From the NCBI GenBank assembly GCA_037445065.1, contig JBBILD010000007.1, forward strand, positions 32,001 to 96,000: 64,000 nt of DNA, read 5' to 3'. The position numbers and the translations under genes are program-made. The stretch is from Myxococcales bacterium (GTDB taxonomy: Bacteria; Desulfobacterota; Binatia; HRBIN30). The notes beneath the pieces are model-generated. The model did not search any database, was not told the origin of the DNA, and saw only the letters and a program-made list of their open reading frames with translations. This document shows, piece by piece, positions 31,781-41,704 of the stretch; the stretch's first letter is position 1; the number at the start of each line of letters is the position of its first letter.

Positions 31781-32946
31781 TCAGTTGGTTCGGTTTGGTG
31801 CTCGCCAATCTCGGCCGCAACCGGCTGCGCACCGCACTCACGTTCGGTGCAGTCGCGCTTGCCGTGATGCTGGTCGTCTTTCTGCTCACGATGCCCGCCG
31901 GGCTCGATGCGCTGCTCAACAGCATTGCCAGCAACACGCGCATTTCGGTGCATAACAAAGCCGGGATCGTGTACTCCATGCCGTACTCGTACGCGCGCAA
32001 AGTCCGGCAGGTGGAGGGAGTGGCAGCTGCGGTGGGCATGACCTGGTTCGGCGGCGCGTATGAGGAAGAAGGGCGCGTTACGTTCCCGAATTTCGCGGTG
32101 GAGGCCGAGTACGTCGGGGCTGTCTACCCAGATTACGGCATCCCCAAAGAACAACTGGAGGATTTCCGCCGCTACCGCGACGGGGCCATCGTCGGGCGCC
32201 AGACGATGCGCAAATACAACTGGAAGATCGGTGACCGGATCACGCTCAAGAGCAACTTGTGGCCGGTGGCCTTGGACCTGCGCATCGTCGGCGAAATTCC
32301 ACAAGAGCGGGCACCCATGCTCTGGCTTCAGCGCGCATACCTGGACGAAGCCTTGCTCGCCGCGCGCGGACGGGGGCTCGAAATTGTCGGCATCGTGTGG
32401 GCGCGGGTGGAGGACCCAGAGCGGGTCGACCAAGTCATGCAGGCCATTGACGATCTCTTCCGCAACAGCGAGGCCGAAACAGCCAGCGAAACCGAGAAAA
32501 GCTTTTTCGGGAACTTTTTCGGTTCGCTCAAAGGCTTTGTCACCGTGATCTTGGTGGTCACCGCATTGGTTGCGCTTTGCATCGTGGTGATCGCTGCCAA
32601 CACGGCTTCCATGGCGGTGCGCGAGCGGCACGGAGAGATCGCTGTACTCAAGGCCATCGGTTTTTCCCGCCGGCGCATCTTTGCGGCGCTGTTGGCAGAA
32701 TCTACCCTGCTCTGCACCAGCGCCGGGCTCACTGGTGTGGCTCTCGCCTACGGCTTTGCTCAGGCACTGCGCAGCTTCGCGGGGTGGAGCCCAGCCCTCG
32801 GGCCGCTGGGCAGCTTTCTGGTCACTCCGGGGGTGGCCCTGCGCGGTGTGCTGCTTGCCTTGGCGGTGGGCTTCATCTCCGGGCTCCTGCCCGCTTGGGG
32901 AGCAGCGCGCAAACCCGTTGCCCAGTCGCTGCACGAAGTCTTCTGA
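31777..32946 (+). CDS. ABC permease, MacB/FtsX family
   Basis: NLGRNRLRT N-terminus, large periplasmic domain, and VRERHGEIAVLKAIGF. Confidence 0.9.
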   Translation: MISWFGLVLANLGRNRLRTALTFGAVALAVMLVVFLLTMPAGLDALLNSIASNTRISVHNKAGIVYSMPYSYARKVRQVEGVAAAVGMTWFGGAYEEEGRVTFPNFAVEAEYVGAVYPDYGIPKEQLEDFRRYRDGAIVGRQTMRKYNWKIGDRITLKSNLWPVALDLRIVGEIPQERAPMLWLQRAYLDEALLAARGRGLEIVGIVWARVEDPERVDQVMQAIDDLFRNSEAETASETEKSFFGNFFGSLKGFVTVILVVTALVALCIVVIAANTASMAVRERHGEIAVLKAIGFSRRRIFAALLAESTLLCTSAGLTGVALAYGFAQALRSFAGWSPALGPLGSFLVTPGVALRGVLLALAVGFISGLLPAWGAARKPVAQSLHEVF

Positions 32947-32958
32947 GGGTGGCCCCAC

Positions 32959-34134
32959 ATGTTGCCGCTGTCGTACAGTTTGAAAAACCTGTGGGCACGC
33001 CCGCTGCGCTCGGCGATGACCGCGCTGGTGATCGCGCTCGTGGTGGTGGCGACCAGTTTGTTTCTCGGGCTGATCTCGAGCCTCAAGCGAACGTTGGTCG
33101 GCACCGGCCATCCGCAAAACCTCGTGGTCATGCGCAAGGGTTCGGACAACGACGGCGCCTCCGCCTTGCCGCAGGAAGCGTACCAGGCCATCCGCTTTCT
33201 CGACGGCATTGCCCGTAACGCCGCCGACCAGCCACTGGTCAGCCCGGAACTGGTTGTACAGCCCTTCTTCCGGACACTCGATGGCGGGCGAGAAAACGTG
33301 CTGGTGCGTGGTGTCGAGCCCATTGCGCTCGAAGTGCACGATCAGGTGCAAATCGTCGAAGGGCGCATGTTTCGCCCCAGTGCCGCGGAGACAATTGTCG
33401 GGCGAGCGGTAGCCGGCCGCTATCGCGGCACCACGCTCGGCAGCGAACTCGAGTTCGGGCGCGGGCGCTGGAAAGTGGTCGGGATCTTCACCGCCGCCGG
33501 CTCGTCCTTCGAAAGCGAGGTGTGGGTAGATGTGCGCGAGCTGGCCAACGATGCCAAACGGCCCCTCCCGTACTCGGGCATTCGCCTGCGCGCCGCAACG
33601 GAAGGGGATCTGGTAGCGCTGCAAGAGCGTATCGAGAACGACCCCCGTTTTGCGCTGCAGGCGCAACGGGAAACGGACTACTACGCCAAGCAGTCGGAAT
33701 CGGCCAATTCCTTGTACGTGTTGGTCGTCGCGATTGCGTTGTTTTCCGGGATTGGCGCGGGCTTTGGTGCCGCCAACACGATGTACGCTGCGGTACAGAG
33801 CCGCATCGCGGAAATTGGGACGCTGCGTGCCATCGGCTTTTCCCGCGCCAGCATTTTGTTTTCGTTTCAACTCGAGGCGCTGCTGCTCGCCATCGCCGGT
33901 TTCGCCGTGGGGAGCCTGATCGCCGTGCTGTTCGCAGCCAGTCTCGGCTCCTGGCTCAAAGGCATCGCCTTCGGTGCTGCCACGTTTACGACCAACGTGG
34001 TTACGCTCGAGGTACGCGCCAGCGATCTCCTCGTTGCTCTGCTCTTAGCCCTCGGCATCGGGCTCAGCAGCGGCTTTGGCCCAGCGTTTCGTGCCGCGCG
34101 CATGCGCCCGATGGAGGCTCTGCGTCGCGGTTGA
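32959..34134 (+). CDS. ABC permease, MacB/FtsX family
   Basis: NTMYAAVQSRIAEIGTLRAIGF; C-terminal PAFRAARMRPMEALR. Confidence 0.9.
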   Translation: MLPLSYSLKNLWARPLRSAMTALVIALVVVATSLFLGLISSLKRTLVGTGHPQNLVVMRKGSDNDGASALPQEAYQAIRFLDGIARNAADQPLVSPELVVQPFFRTLDGGRENVLVRGVEPIALEVHDQVQIVEGRMFRPSAAETIVGRAVAGRYRGTTLGSELEFGRGRWKVVGIFTAAGSSFESEVWVDVRELANDAKRPLPYSGIRLRAATEGDLVALQERIENDPRFALQAQRETDYYAKQSESANSLYVLVVAIALFSGIGAGFGAANTMYAAVQSRIAEIGTLRAIGFSRASILFSFQLEALLLAIAGFAVGSLIAVLFAASLGSWLKGIAFGAATFTTNVVTLEVRASDLLVALLLALGIGLSSGFGPAFRAARMRPMEALRRG

Positions 34135-34186
34135 CGCAACGGGGCTCGTTTGCAGCACCAACTCTGGTAGTGTGCAGGGAGCACCT

Positions 34187-35398
34187 ATGAGCGACCAGCG
34201 AATCGAAGAACACGTGGCTCGCGAGGCACTCGAGGCGCTGCGCCTCGACCGCGAGCAGGCATGGTCTCCGCGCCAGCGCCGCTGGCGCTGGTGGTGGGTG
34301 GGATTGTTGCCACTGGCAATTGTCGCACTGGGCCTGTGGCGACACTTGCAGGCGGTGCCGGTGGTGAGCGTTGCCGAAGTTACGCGCGCCACTGCGAGCG
34401 AGCTGGGTCCGCTGCCCGTGCTGTCCGGTTCCGGGTACATCGTCACCGGCGAGCGCTACGTGTCCATCGGGGTGCGCGTGCCGGGCCGCATCGAGCGCTA
34501 CTTCGTCGAGGAAGGGCAAACCGTACGCAAAGGCGACCCGCTCGTGCAACTCGACGATCGAGACTATCTCGCCCAAGTGCGCCGCGCCGAGTCCGCCCTC
34601 GCCTCAGCCCGCGCGAGCCTGGAACTCGCTCTGGCTGACCTACAGCGCATTCGCGCTCTGCACGAACAGGGGGTCGTGTCGCAGCAGGAGCGCGATGCTC
34701 AAGAGAGCCGCGCTCGGGTCGCTCGGGCCGCCGTGGAGTCAGCAGAGGCCGAGCTGGAGCAAGCACGCGTCAACCTCGATTACACGATTTTGCGCGCGCC
34801 GACCGACGGCGTCATCCTGGCGAAAACCAAGGAAGTGGGCGAAATCGCCGTGCCTGGTGGCTTCGCCGGTTCCGGCGACCTGATACGCATGGCCAACCTG
34901 TCCGATATCCGCGCCCAAGTGGATGTCAACGAAGCCGACCTGAGCCGGGTTTCCCTCGGGCAGCGGGCAGTGGTGACCCCGGATGCCTATCCGCAAGCGC
35001 AGTACGAGGCCGAGGTGGTCAAATTCTACCCGCAGGTAGACCGCGCCAAGGGTACGCTGCGGATCGAGGTGCGCCTGCGCGCTCCCGACGAAAAACTGCT
35101 GCCCGACATGAGTGCGCGCATTACGTTTCTCGCCGATCCGCAAAAATCCGCGGATGGCTCCGAGCCGCTCATCTTGGTCCCGAGCAGCGCCCTGCGCAGA
35201 AATTCGACTGGGCAGAACTTCGTCTGGGTCGTTGCCAGCAACGGGCGCGTGCAGGCGCAGCCGATTCGAACCGGCACCGCCTTCGGAGGCAGAGTCCAGG
35301 TCCTGGAGGGACTGCGCGGTGGTGAGCAGGTCGTGGTCAGCAACGTCCCACTTTCTGACGGGCAAGCCGTGCGCATCGCCAACGGGTCCGGCTCGTAG
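34187..35398 (+). CDS. Efflux periplasmic adaptor (MacA-like membrane fusion protein)
   Basis: TM anchor, VEEGQTVRKGDPLVQLD, alpha hairpin, IL-RAPTDG and LPDMSA. Confidence 0.92.
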   Translation: MSDQRIEEHVAREALEALRLDREQAWSPRQRRWRWWWVGLLPLAIVALGLWRHLQAVPVVSVAEVTRATASELGPLPVLSGSGYIVTGERYVSIGVRVPGRIERYFVEEGQTVRKGDPLVQLDDRDYLAQVRRAESALASARASLELALADLQRIRALHEQGVVSQQERDAQESRARVARAAVESAEAELEQARVNLDYTILRAPTDGVILAKTKEVGEIAVPGGFAGSGDLIRMANLSDIRAQVDVNEADLSRVSLGQRAVVTPDAYPQAQYEAEVVKFYPQVDRAKGTLRIEVRLRAPDEKLLPDMSARITFLADPQKSADGSEPLILVPSSALRRNSTGQNFVWVVASNGRVQAQPIRTGTAFGGRVQVLEGLRGGEQVVVSNVPLSDGQAVRIANGSGS

Positions 35399-35572
35399 CG
35401 ACGAAGTTGGCCGGTCGCGCTGTCCCGCGTCTCATCGTACTCGCACGCTGAACAGCTCGAGCGGCAGGCAACGAGCGTTCCCAGCAGCGCAGGAGTGTCG
35501 CCTCGGCTGCCACCGTGCCAGTGGCGCTTCGGCACCGTGCCGGTGCGGCCGGGCGAGAGCCGTGCATCCTCG

Positions 35573-36889
35573 CTAGCGGATCCCTGTCCGGCTCCGAGTG
35601 CGGGCGCGAAACCAAAGGTAAAACGGCAGGCCACTCGCGCTCACTGCCAGCGCCAACGTGCACTCGAGGGGACGGCCCACCAGCATCGCCAAGGCGATGC
35701 CGGCGTTGGCGAGCAAATAGATCGCGGGCAGCCATGGGTACCCCCATGCTCGATAAGGCCGCGGTTGGTGCGCACGGCGCCAGCGCAACACGAACAAGGC
35801 CGTCGTATCGGCCATGGTAGCGAGGACGATGGCGAAGGTGGTGTAGTCGAGCACGCTCGGGAAGCGCTGCAACACGGCCACCAGCGCAGCGGCAGTGGCC
35901 GCCTGCACGACAATGGCCCGGTGCGGGGTACCGAAGCGGGCATGAACTCGATCCACGCCCGGGAAGTAATCGTCCAAACTCATCGCGTACGCGATGCGCG
36001 GGCCCACCAAAATCGTTGCATTCAAGCAACCGAGCACCGAGGCGAGCACGAGCAGGGCGACGACGGCTGCTCCGATCGGCCCGAACAGCCGCTCCGCCGC
36101 CGCCTCGCCGCTGCGCACGGTGCCCGCGAGTTGCTCGATCGGAAGCGCGTAGAGGTAGGCAACGTTGAGCAGCAGATAGAGCGCCGTACAAATCGCCAAC
36201 CCGAGAAACAACGAGCGCGGGATATTTCTTCCCGGCGAGCGGATTTCGCTCGCCACGTAGACCGGAGCGTTCCACCCGAGGTAACTAAAGAGCACGGGCG
36301 AAAGGGCAAGCGCGAAGCTCGACACGAGTTGCGGCTCTCCCGCCGGCAGCAGCGGCGCGAAGTGCCCCCATGAGCCACCACTGCTCGCCAGGCCCCAAAG
36401 CGGCAACAAAACCATGGCGGCAATCTTGAGCAGCGCGGTTCCATTGTTCACTTGCGCCCCGCGGCGCACGCCCCAGTAGTTCACCGCCGAAGTCGCGGCG
36501 ATCAGGAAGACCGCCAGCACGGATGCGGTAAGCGGTCCGAGTGGCAGGAAACGCTCGAGACCCGCAGCAAAGCCGACCGCCAAGGTGGCGATCGTGCCAG
36601 CGTAGATCACAAAAAACGAGAGCCATCCGACCAAAAACCCGGCCAAGGGATGGTAGGCTTCACGCAGATAGACGTAATTGCCACCTGCGTGCGGGAACAT
36701 GGCCCCGAGTTCGGCATTGGCGAGCGCTCCCATGAGCGAGAGCGCGCCACCGACGACCCACGCAAGCAAGAATAAACCCGGGTGTGGCACACTGGCCGCA
36801 ATCGCGCCCGGGGTCAGGAAAATACCGGCGCCGATGATCGAAGAAACACAAAGGAGCGTGGCATCCCAGAGCCCCAGCTCGCGCCGCAA
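35573..36889 (-). CDS. APC-family amino acid permease
   Basis: Motifs IIGAGIF, AELGAMFPHAGG, SYLGW, SEIRSPGRNIP and PYRAWGYP. Start uncertain. Confidence 0.9.
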   Translation of the reverse strand: MRRELGLWDATLLCVSSIIGAGIFLTPGAIAASVPHPGLFLLAWVVGGALSLMGALANAELGAMFPHAGGNYVYLREAYHPLAGFLVGWLSFFVIYAGTIATLAVGFAAGLERFLPLGPLTASVLAVFLIAATSAVNYWGVRRGAQVNNGTALLKIAAMVLLPLWGLASSGGSWGHFAPLLPAGEPQLVSSFALALSPVLFSYLGWNAPVYVASEIRSPGRNIPRSLFLGLAICTALYLLLNVAYLYALPIEQLAGTVRSGEAAAERLFGPIGAAVVALLVLASVLGCLNATILVGPRIAYAMSLDDYFPGVDRVHARFGTPHRAIVVQAATAAALVAVLQRFPSVLDYTTFAIVLATMADTTALFVLRWRRAHQPRPYRAWGYPWLPAIYLLANAGIALAMLVGRPLECTLALAVSASGLPFYLWFRARTRSRTGIR

Positions 36890-36992
36890 ACGGTCGCGCG
36901 GATGGCGGTCCAGGGCGAGCGCCGCCTCGCCGGAAGGCGCCCGTTCGGGCCGTTCAAACGAACCCGCAGCGAACAGCGGCGTGGTCGTGCCC

Positions 36993-38123
36993 TCAGACCG
37001 TGAAAATGTGAATCGTGCAGGCGGAGCCGAGCCCGATCACGTGGGCGAGTCCCACCTTGGCGTTCTCTACCTGGCGGGCACCCGCTTCGCCGCGCAAGTG
37101 GGTGACGATCTCATAAATGTTCGCAACCCCGGTGGCGCCAAGTGGGTGTCCTTTGGAGAGCAAGCCGCCGCTCACGTTGACCGGTAGGCGCCCGCCCCAT
37201 TCGAACCATCCCTCGTCCACCGCGCGCGCCGCCTCTCCTTCCGCGCACAAGCCCAAATTCTCGTAGTGCAAGAGTTCGGCGGTGGCAAAACAATCGTGCA
37301 GCTCCACCAAGTCGAGGTCCTCGGGCCCAATCCCCGCGCGCTCGTAGGCTTGCTTGGCGGCATTCCGGGTCAGGGTGTTCACGTCCGGCAGGGTCAGATC
37401 GCGCTCCGTCCACGGATCCGAAGTCAGTACAGAACACGCTACCTTCACCGCCTTGCGATCGGATTTCTTCGTGACCGACTCCGAGACCAGCACCGCGGCA
37501 GCGGCCCCGTCTCCAGTTGGGCAGCACATGTAAAGCGTGTTCGGATAGGCCACCATGCGCGCCTTGAGCACGTCCTCCAGGCTCACCTCTACCTGGTACT
37601 GGGAAAGCGGGTTTTTAGTGGAGTGCTTGTGATTCTTCACCGAGATTTTCGCAAAATGCTCCACCTTCGTGCCGTACTTCCGCATGTGCTCGACGCCGGC
37701 CTGCGCGAACACGGCAGGCATGAGCCCGCTACCCAAAATGCCTTCCACACTCTCGCGCCTTTCCCCGGCGCCGAGCAAACCGGCCTTGCCCATTTGCTCC
37801 GATCCCACCGCCAGGGCGATATCGTATTCGCCGCTGCCCACGGCAAAGTACGCCTCGCGAAAGGCGGTGGAGCCGGTGGCGCAAGCGTTGGCCACGTTGA
37901 CCACGGGGATCCCGGTCTGGCCGATTTGCTGGAGGATGCGCTGCCCGACCATGGCGTGCGACTGAAACAAGTTCCCGCTCGCCAGTAGTTGCACGTCATC
38001 AATGGTCATCCCGGCGTCCTGCAGCGCGAGCAGAGCGGCCTCGGCCGCGAGTTCGGCAACGTCTTTATCCGGATAGCGGCCAAATTTGATCATCCCGACC
38101 CCGAGCACGTAAACATCTCGCAT
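36993..38123 (-). CDS. Thiolase-family protein (SCP2/Ltp-type)
   Basis: Motifs NACATG, ELHDCF and NVSGGLLSKGHPLGATG. Confidence 0.92.
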   Translation of the reverse strand: MRDVYVLGVGMIKFGRYPDKDVAELAAEAALLALQDAGMTIDDVQLLASGNLFQSHAMVGQRILQQIGQTGIPVVNVANACATGSTAFREAYFAVGSGEYDIALAVGSEQMGKAGLLGAGERRESVEGILGSGLMPAVFAQAGVEHMRKYGTKVEHFAKISVKNHKHSTKNPLSQYQVEVSLEDVLKARMVAYPNTLYMCCPTGDGAAAAVLVSESVTKKSDRKAVKVACSVLTSDPWTERDLTLPDVNTLTRNAAKQAYERAGIGPEDLDLVELHDCFATAELLHYENLGLCAEGEAARAVDEGWFEWGGRLPVNVSGGLLSKGHPLGATGVANIYEIVTHLRGEAGARQVENAKVGLAHVIGLGSACTIHIFTV

Positions 38124-38179
38124 GGTTAGCCTCCTCTTCCAGTTCCTACTCGCCTACTCGGCCGTCGCCTCGTCGTTTC

Positions 38180-38635
38180 TTAGCGCGCCTCGGCGGCTTG
38201 CACTGGACGGAAAAAAAAGGCGATGACGTCATTGCCATCCTTGTCCTCGCGGACTTTGCGAGTCACCATTTCCACCGGCATTCCGAAGGGGATGCGACTC
38301 GGGTCTGGCTCCACGTCCACTAGCGTGCAACGTACGCTGATCCCTTCGGGCAGGTCCACGATTGCCGCCACATACGGAACCGGCACGCCAGGCATGGACT
38401 GGTGGACGATCGAGTACGTCCACAGCGTGCCGCGATCGCTCACCCGTGTTTCCTCGAAGGCCCCAGCGTAATGGCAGCGGGCGCAGGCCACCCGCTTGCC
38501 CCAGTACAGCGCACCGCAGCGCGGGCACCTCTTGGCCACCAAGTACGGCTTCTCTCCACGCTCTCCTAAGCGCAAAAATGGCACGATCGGGCGTTGCGGG
38601 CGCGGCTGGGCTGCCTCGCTCTGTGCTTCTCCCAT
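38180..38635 (-). CDS. DUF35 Zn-ribbon/OB-fold thiolase partner
   Basis: CPRCG...CARC, GTLWTYS, PYVAAIVDLPEG and GMPVE. Confidence 0.9.
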   Translation of the reverse strand: MGEAQSEAAQPRPQRPIVPFLRLGERGEKPYLVAKRCPRCGALYWGKRVACARCHYAGAFEETRVSDRGTLWTYSIVHQSMPGVPVPYVAAIVDLPEGISVRCTLVDVEPDPSRIPFGMPVEMVTRKVREDKDGNDVIAFFFRPVQAAEAR

Positions 38636-38698
38636 GCTTTGTTCCTCCGGCTTGTGCAACTCGCGAAGTCCGAGCTTTTTCACGGGTGCACCGTTGAA

Positions 38699-39679
38699 TC
38701 AAGGCTGTGGCGACACCCGCCGTGCCGCGGGCAGCGGCGGCTGCCGCGTCACCATCGCAATGGCCGCAAACACGAGAACACCCCCAATCGCGTGCCACCA
38801 CGTGAGCGGCTCGTGCAGGAGATAGGCAGCCAGCACACTCGCCAGCACTGGTACGGCAAGAAACGTGATCGAGATGGTGAAGGCAGAGACGTGCTGGTGC
38901 GCCCAGTTCGACAGCGCATGGCCTAGCGTCCCTGGAAACCAGGCAATCCAGAGCAGCCCCAACCAGTCCCACCCGCGCGGCGAGTCGAGTTTCTGGCCGG
39001 TGGCCAAGGCCACGCCGGTGAGCAACACGGCAGCGGTGCTAGTGAGCCCCGCCACGTATTCCCAGGTAGAAAGCCACTGGCGGATTCGTTTGGAGGCGAG
39101 AAAGTACGCGGTGAAGGCAAACAAGTTGAGCGTGGCGAGCAAGTCGCCAGCCGGGCTCCACGCCAAACCCTGGCTCGAGCCCACGATCACCAAGCTGACT
39201 CCGGCCACTGCCAGCAAGCACCACAACCATGCTGCCTTGCCGCTGCGTTCGCCGAACATGCGTCCTGCCACCAGCAGCACCAGAACCGGCTGCAAAGCAC
39301 CGAGCACCGTTACGTTGGCCACGCTCGTGAGTTTGAGGCTGGTGAAGAACAGCACCTGATGGAGGGCGAACAACGATCCTCCGATCAACGAGGCCACACA
39401 CCAATCGCGGTCGAGCAGCGCTGGCCGGCGGCTCCACAACACCGGCAGCCAAACCACCGGCAAAGCAAACCACAAGCGGTAGAAGGAAACCACGATGCCA
39501 CTCGTGGAGACGAGTTTCGCCACCACGTTGCTCGCACTCCACACCAACACCACAACGGCCAGGGCAGCAAGGCCGAGCTCGGGCCGCGTGGCGCCAGCCG
39601 CCACAGGACGAGCGGAGGCTCGGCGCCGCTCCCGTACCGGGTCGTTACGGTTGTCTATCGGGTGGGCCGAGGAACTCAC
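38699..39679 (-). CDS. DMT/EamA family transporter
   Basis: About ten hydrophobic segments in two EamA repeats; GTGA overlap with the upstream gene. Confidence 0.85.
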   Translation of the reverse strand: MSSSAHPIDNRNDPVRERRRASARPVAAGATRPELGLAALAVVVLVWSASNVVAKLVSTSGIVVSFYRLWFALPVVWLPVLWSRRPALLDRDWCVASLIGGSLFALHQVLFFTSLKLTSVANVTVLGALQPVLVLLVAGRMFGERSGKAAWLWCLLAVAGVSLVIVGSSQGLAWSPAGDLLATLNLFAFTAYFLASKRIRQWLSTWEYVAGLTSTAAVLLTGVALATGQKLDSPRGWDWLGLLWIAWFPGTLGHALSNWAHQHVSAFTISITFLAVPVLASVLAAYLLHEPLTWWHAIGGVLVFAAIAMVTRQPPLPAARRVSPQP

Positions 39680-41520
39680 TCTGGCCACGGGTACCGATCC
39701 AGCGGAAAGGCATGGCACTCCGTGCGCGCCTGGTAGTCAGTGGCGGAGAAGACGCGGCCCCACTCGACCAGGTAGCGATACACGGTGCAGCGCTCGCGCG
39801 CCGAACGAAGCCGCGTGTCGTGCGGCAATTCCGCGAGGATTGCCTGCGCTACCTCCTGCCCGCTCTGCATGCGAATCCCACCGCCAGCGGGCGTGTCGAA
39901 CACGAGAAACCGCGGCGCCTTCGCATCCCACGGCAACCATTCGGGCAAGGTGCCGTCCTGGCCCCGCGCCGGCGCGCCGCTGGCAGCAAAGCGGCTCCAG
40001 TACTGCATCATCGCGGAACTCAGCCACAGGCGTCCGTCGCGATTGGCGGCAGTGAACATGCGGTTTCCCAGGCGCCCGAGATCGAAGTGCCCGAACACGA
40101 ACGGGATCTCAAAGCCGTGCGCCGCTCCGAGCAGGGCAGAAAGATCGGTGCCCCACAAGCGAGGCTGCTCATCCCAATCGAAGCGGTACACAAAGACCGT
40201 TCCCTCTTGTTCCGCAATGGCTTGCGCCGGCTCGTCCGCCCCAGTGGCCTTCCACAGGCGCGACATGTACTCGGCGAGTACACCGTAGAGTCGCTCGTTG
40301 CGGATGCGGGGCAAAACCCACAAACGGTAGCGCACCAAATCTCTGTCCTGAGAAAGGAACAGCTTGTTTTCGTCGCGGTTGGTGCCGACGATCACCGGAA
40401 CTCGCTGCCCTCCGCCCGCGCGCAGCACCTCGAGCGGCTCGCGCGCCGGCAGCACGTGGCCGTCGCGAAACACGAGCGGCATGCGGATCATGCCGGAGGG
40501 CTGAGGCTGGTAAAGAGCGAGGAAGGTACGAGCCGGCACCGACCTGAGTTCGGCGGCAAGCTCGGCCGGCGCCGCCTTTGCGAGGCGCTCGAGTGCTGCT
40601 TCCCGGCTGCCCGCCTGCTCGCTCAGGTAGCGCAGGACCACCTCGGCGCCGCCGTTCGGGTCGCCACCCTGATCCACCGGCACATCGGCGCGGCCCGGTT
40701 CCGCAAACCGCAAGCCACCACTCTGCACAATGGCGCGGTGGAAAAGCCCGCTCGCGGCCGGGGAGAGCAACAAGCTAAAGACATTCGTTCCACCCGCCGA
40801 CTCACCAAAGATCGTCACCCGGCTCGGATCGCCTCCGAAGGCGGAGATGTTTTCTTGCACCCACTGCAAGGCGCGAATGAGGTCCAACGTGCCGAAATTT
40901 CCTGAAGCATCGCGCAAGTTGTCGGCCTGGGCACGCAAAACCGGATGGCGAAACCACCCGAAGGGCCCTAGTCGGTACTGCACCGTGACCACGATCACGC
41001 GCCCAGCCACCGCCAAGTGGCCACCTACGTAGAAGCGCGCGCTTCCGATCGTGTTCCCACCGCCATGGATCCACACCATGACCGGCAAGCGTGGAGGATT
41101 GGCGCGCAACTCCTGCGGCGTAAATCGCGGTGCCCAAATGTTGAGCGTGAGGCAATCCTCGTCGCCGACCACCTCGCCGGCGCGGCCTTCCACTCCACCG
41201 AGGGGGCTTGCGTATTGCACGCACGGGGCTCCGAAATGGGTCGCGACCAGGGCCTCTTTCCACGGCGGCACTGGCTCGGGGGCGCGCCAGCGGCGCCCTC
41301 CGACCGGCGGGGCAGCATACGGGATCCCCAGCCACGCGTCGCTCTGGTAACTGTGCTCCATCCCGATTACGGGCCCGGCCGGCGGCTCGCGGTACGTGCG
41401 TGGGTCGGGCTGGCCGACCCTCGGCCCCCGTGGCCGGCAGGCGAAGGCCGCCAAGCAAAGCACAAGACAGGCGAGGATCCACAAAAGGCCCAAGTTGCCG
41501 GAACGCGTCTGCCGTCTCAT
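39676..41520 (-). CDS. Type-B carboxylesterase/lipase, exported (possible lipoprotein)
   Basis: Motifs GIPYAAPP, EDCLTLNIW, WIHGGG, FGESAGG, GTNRDE and AHGFE; signal peptide ending AFAC. Confidence 0.92.
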   Translation of the reverse strand: MRRQTRSGNLGLLWILACLVLCLAAFACRPRGPRVGQPDPRTYREPPAGPVIGMEHSYQSDAWLGIPYAAPPVGGRRWRAPEPVPPWKEALVATHFGAPCVQYASPLGGVEGRAGEVVGDEDCLTLNIWAPRFTPQELRANPPRLPVMVWIHGGGNTIGSARFYVGGHLAVAGRVIVVTVQYRLGPFGWFRHPVLRAQADNLRDASGNFGTLDLIRALQWVQENISAFGGDPSRVTIFGESAGGTNVFSLLLSPAASGLFHRAIVQSGGLRFAEPGRADVPVDQGGDPNGGAEVVLRYLSEQAGSREAALERLAKAAPAELAAELRSVPARTFLALYQPQPSGMIRMPLVFRDGHVLPAREPLEVLRAGGGQRVPVIVGTNRDENKLFLSQDRDLVRYRLWVLPRIRNERLYGVLAEYMSRLWKATGADEPAQAIAEQEGTVFVYRFDWDEQPRLWGTDLSALLGAAHGFEIPFVFGHFDLGRLGNRMFTAANRDGRLWLSSAMMQYWSRFAASGAPARGQDGTLPEWLPWDAKAPRFLVFDTPAGGGIRMQSGQEVAQAILAELPHDTRLRSARERCTVYRYLVEWGRVFSATDYQARTECHAFPLDRYPWPE

Positions 41521-41704
41521 TCCCTCACTGCTACTCGCATGCGCGCACAAACGAAAGCCGGGCCTCGTCCGCAGTTCCCACGCTCTTGGCTAAGAAAGAG
41601 ACGCTGGCGAGAAAAGAGAAAGGATTGCTCAAGTTGACACAAGCCGCGACTGCATGCGAGCTTCGAGCACTTCGATTACGGGCCAGGCAGCCACGGAGGC
41701 AACC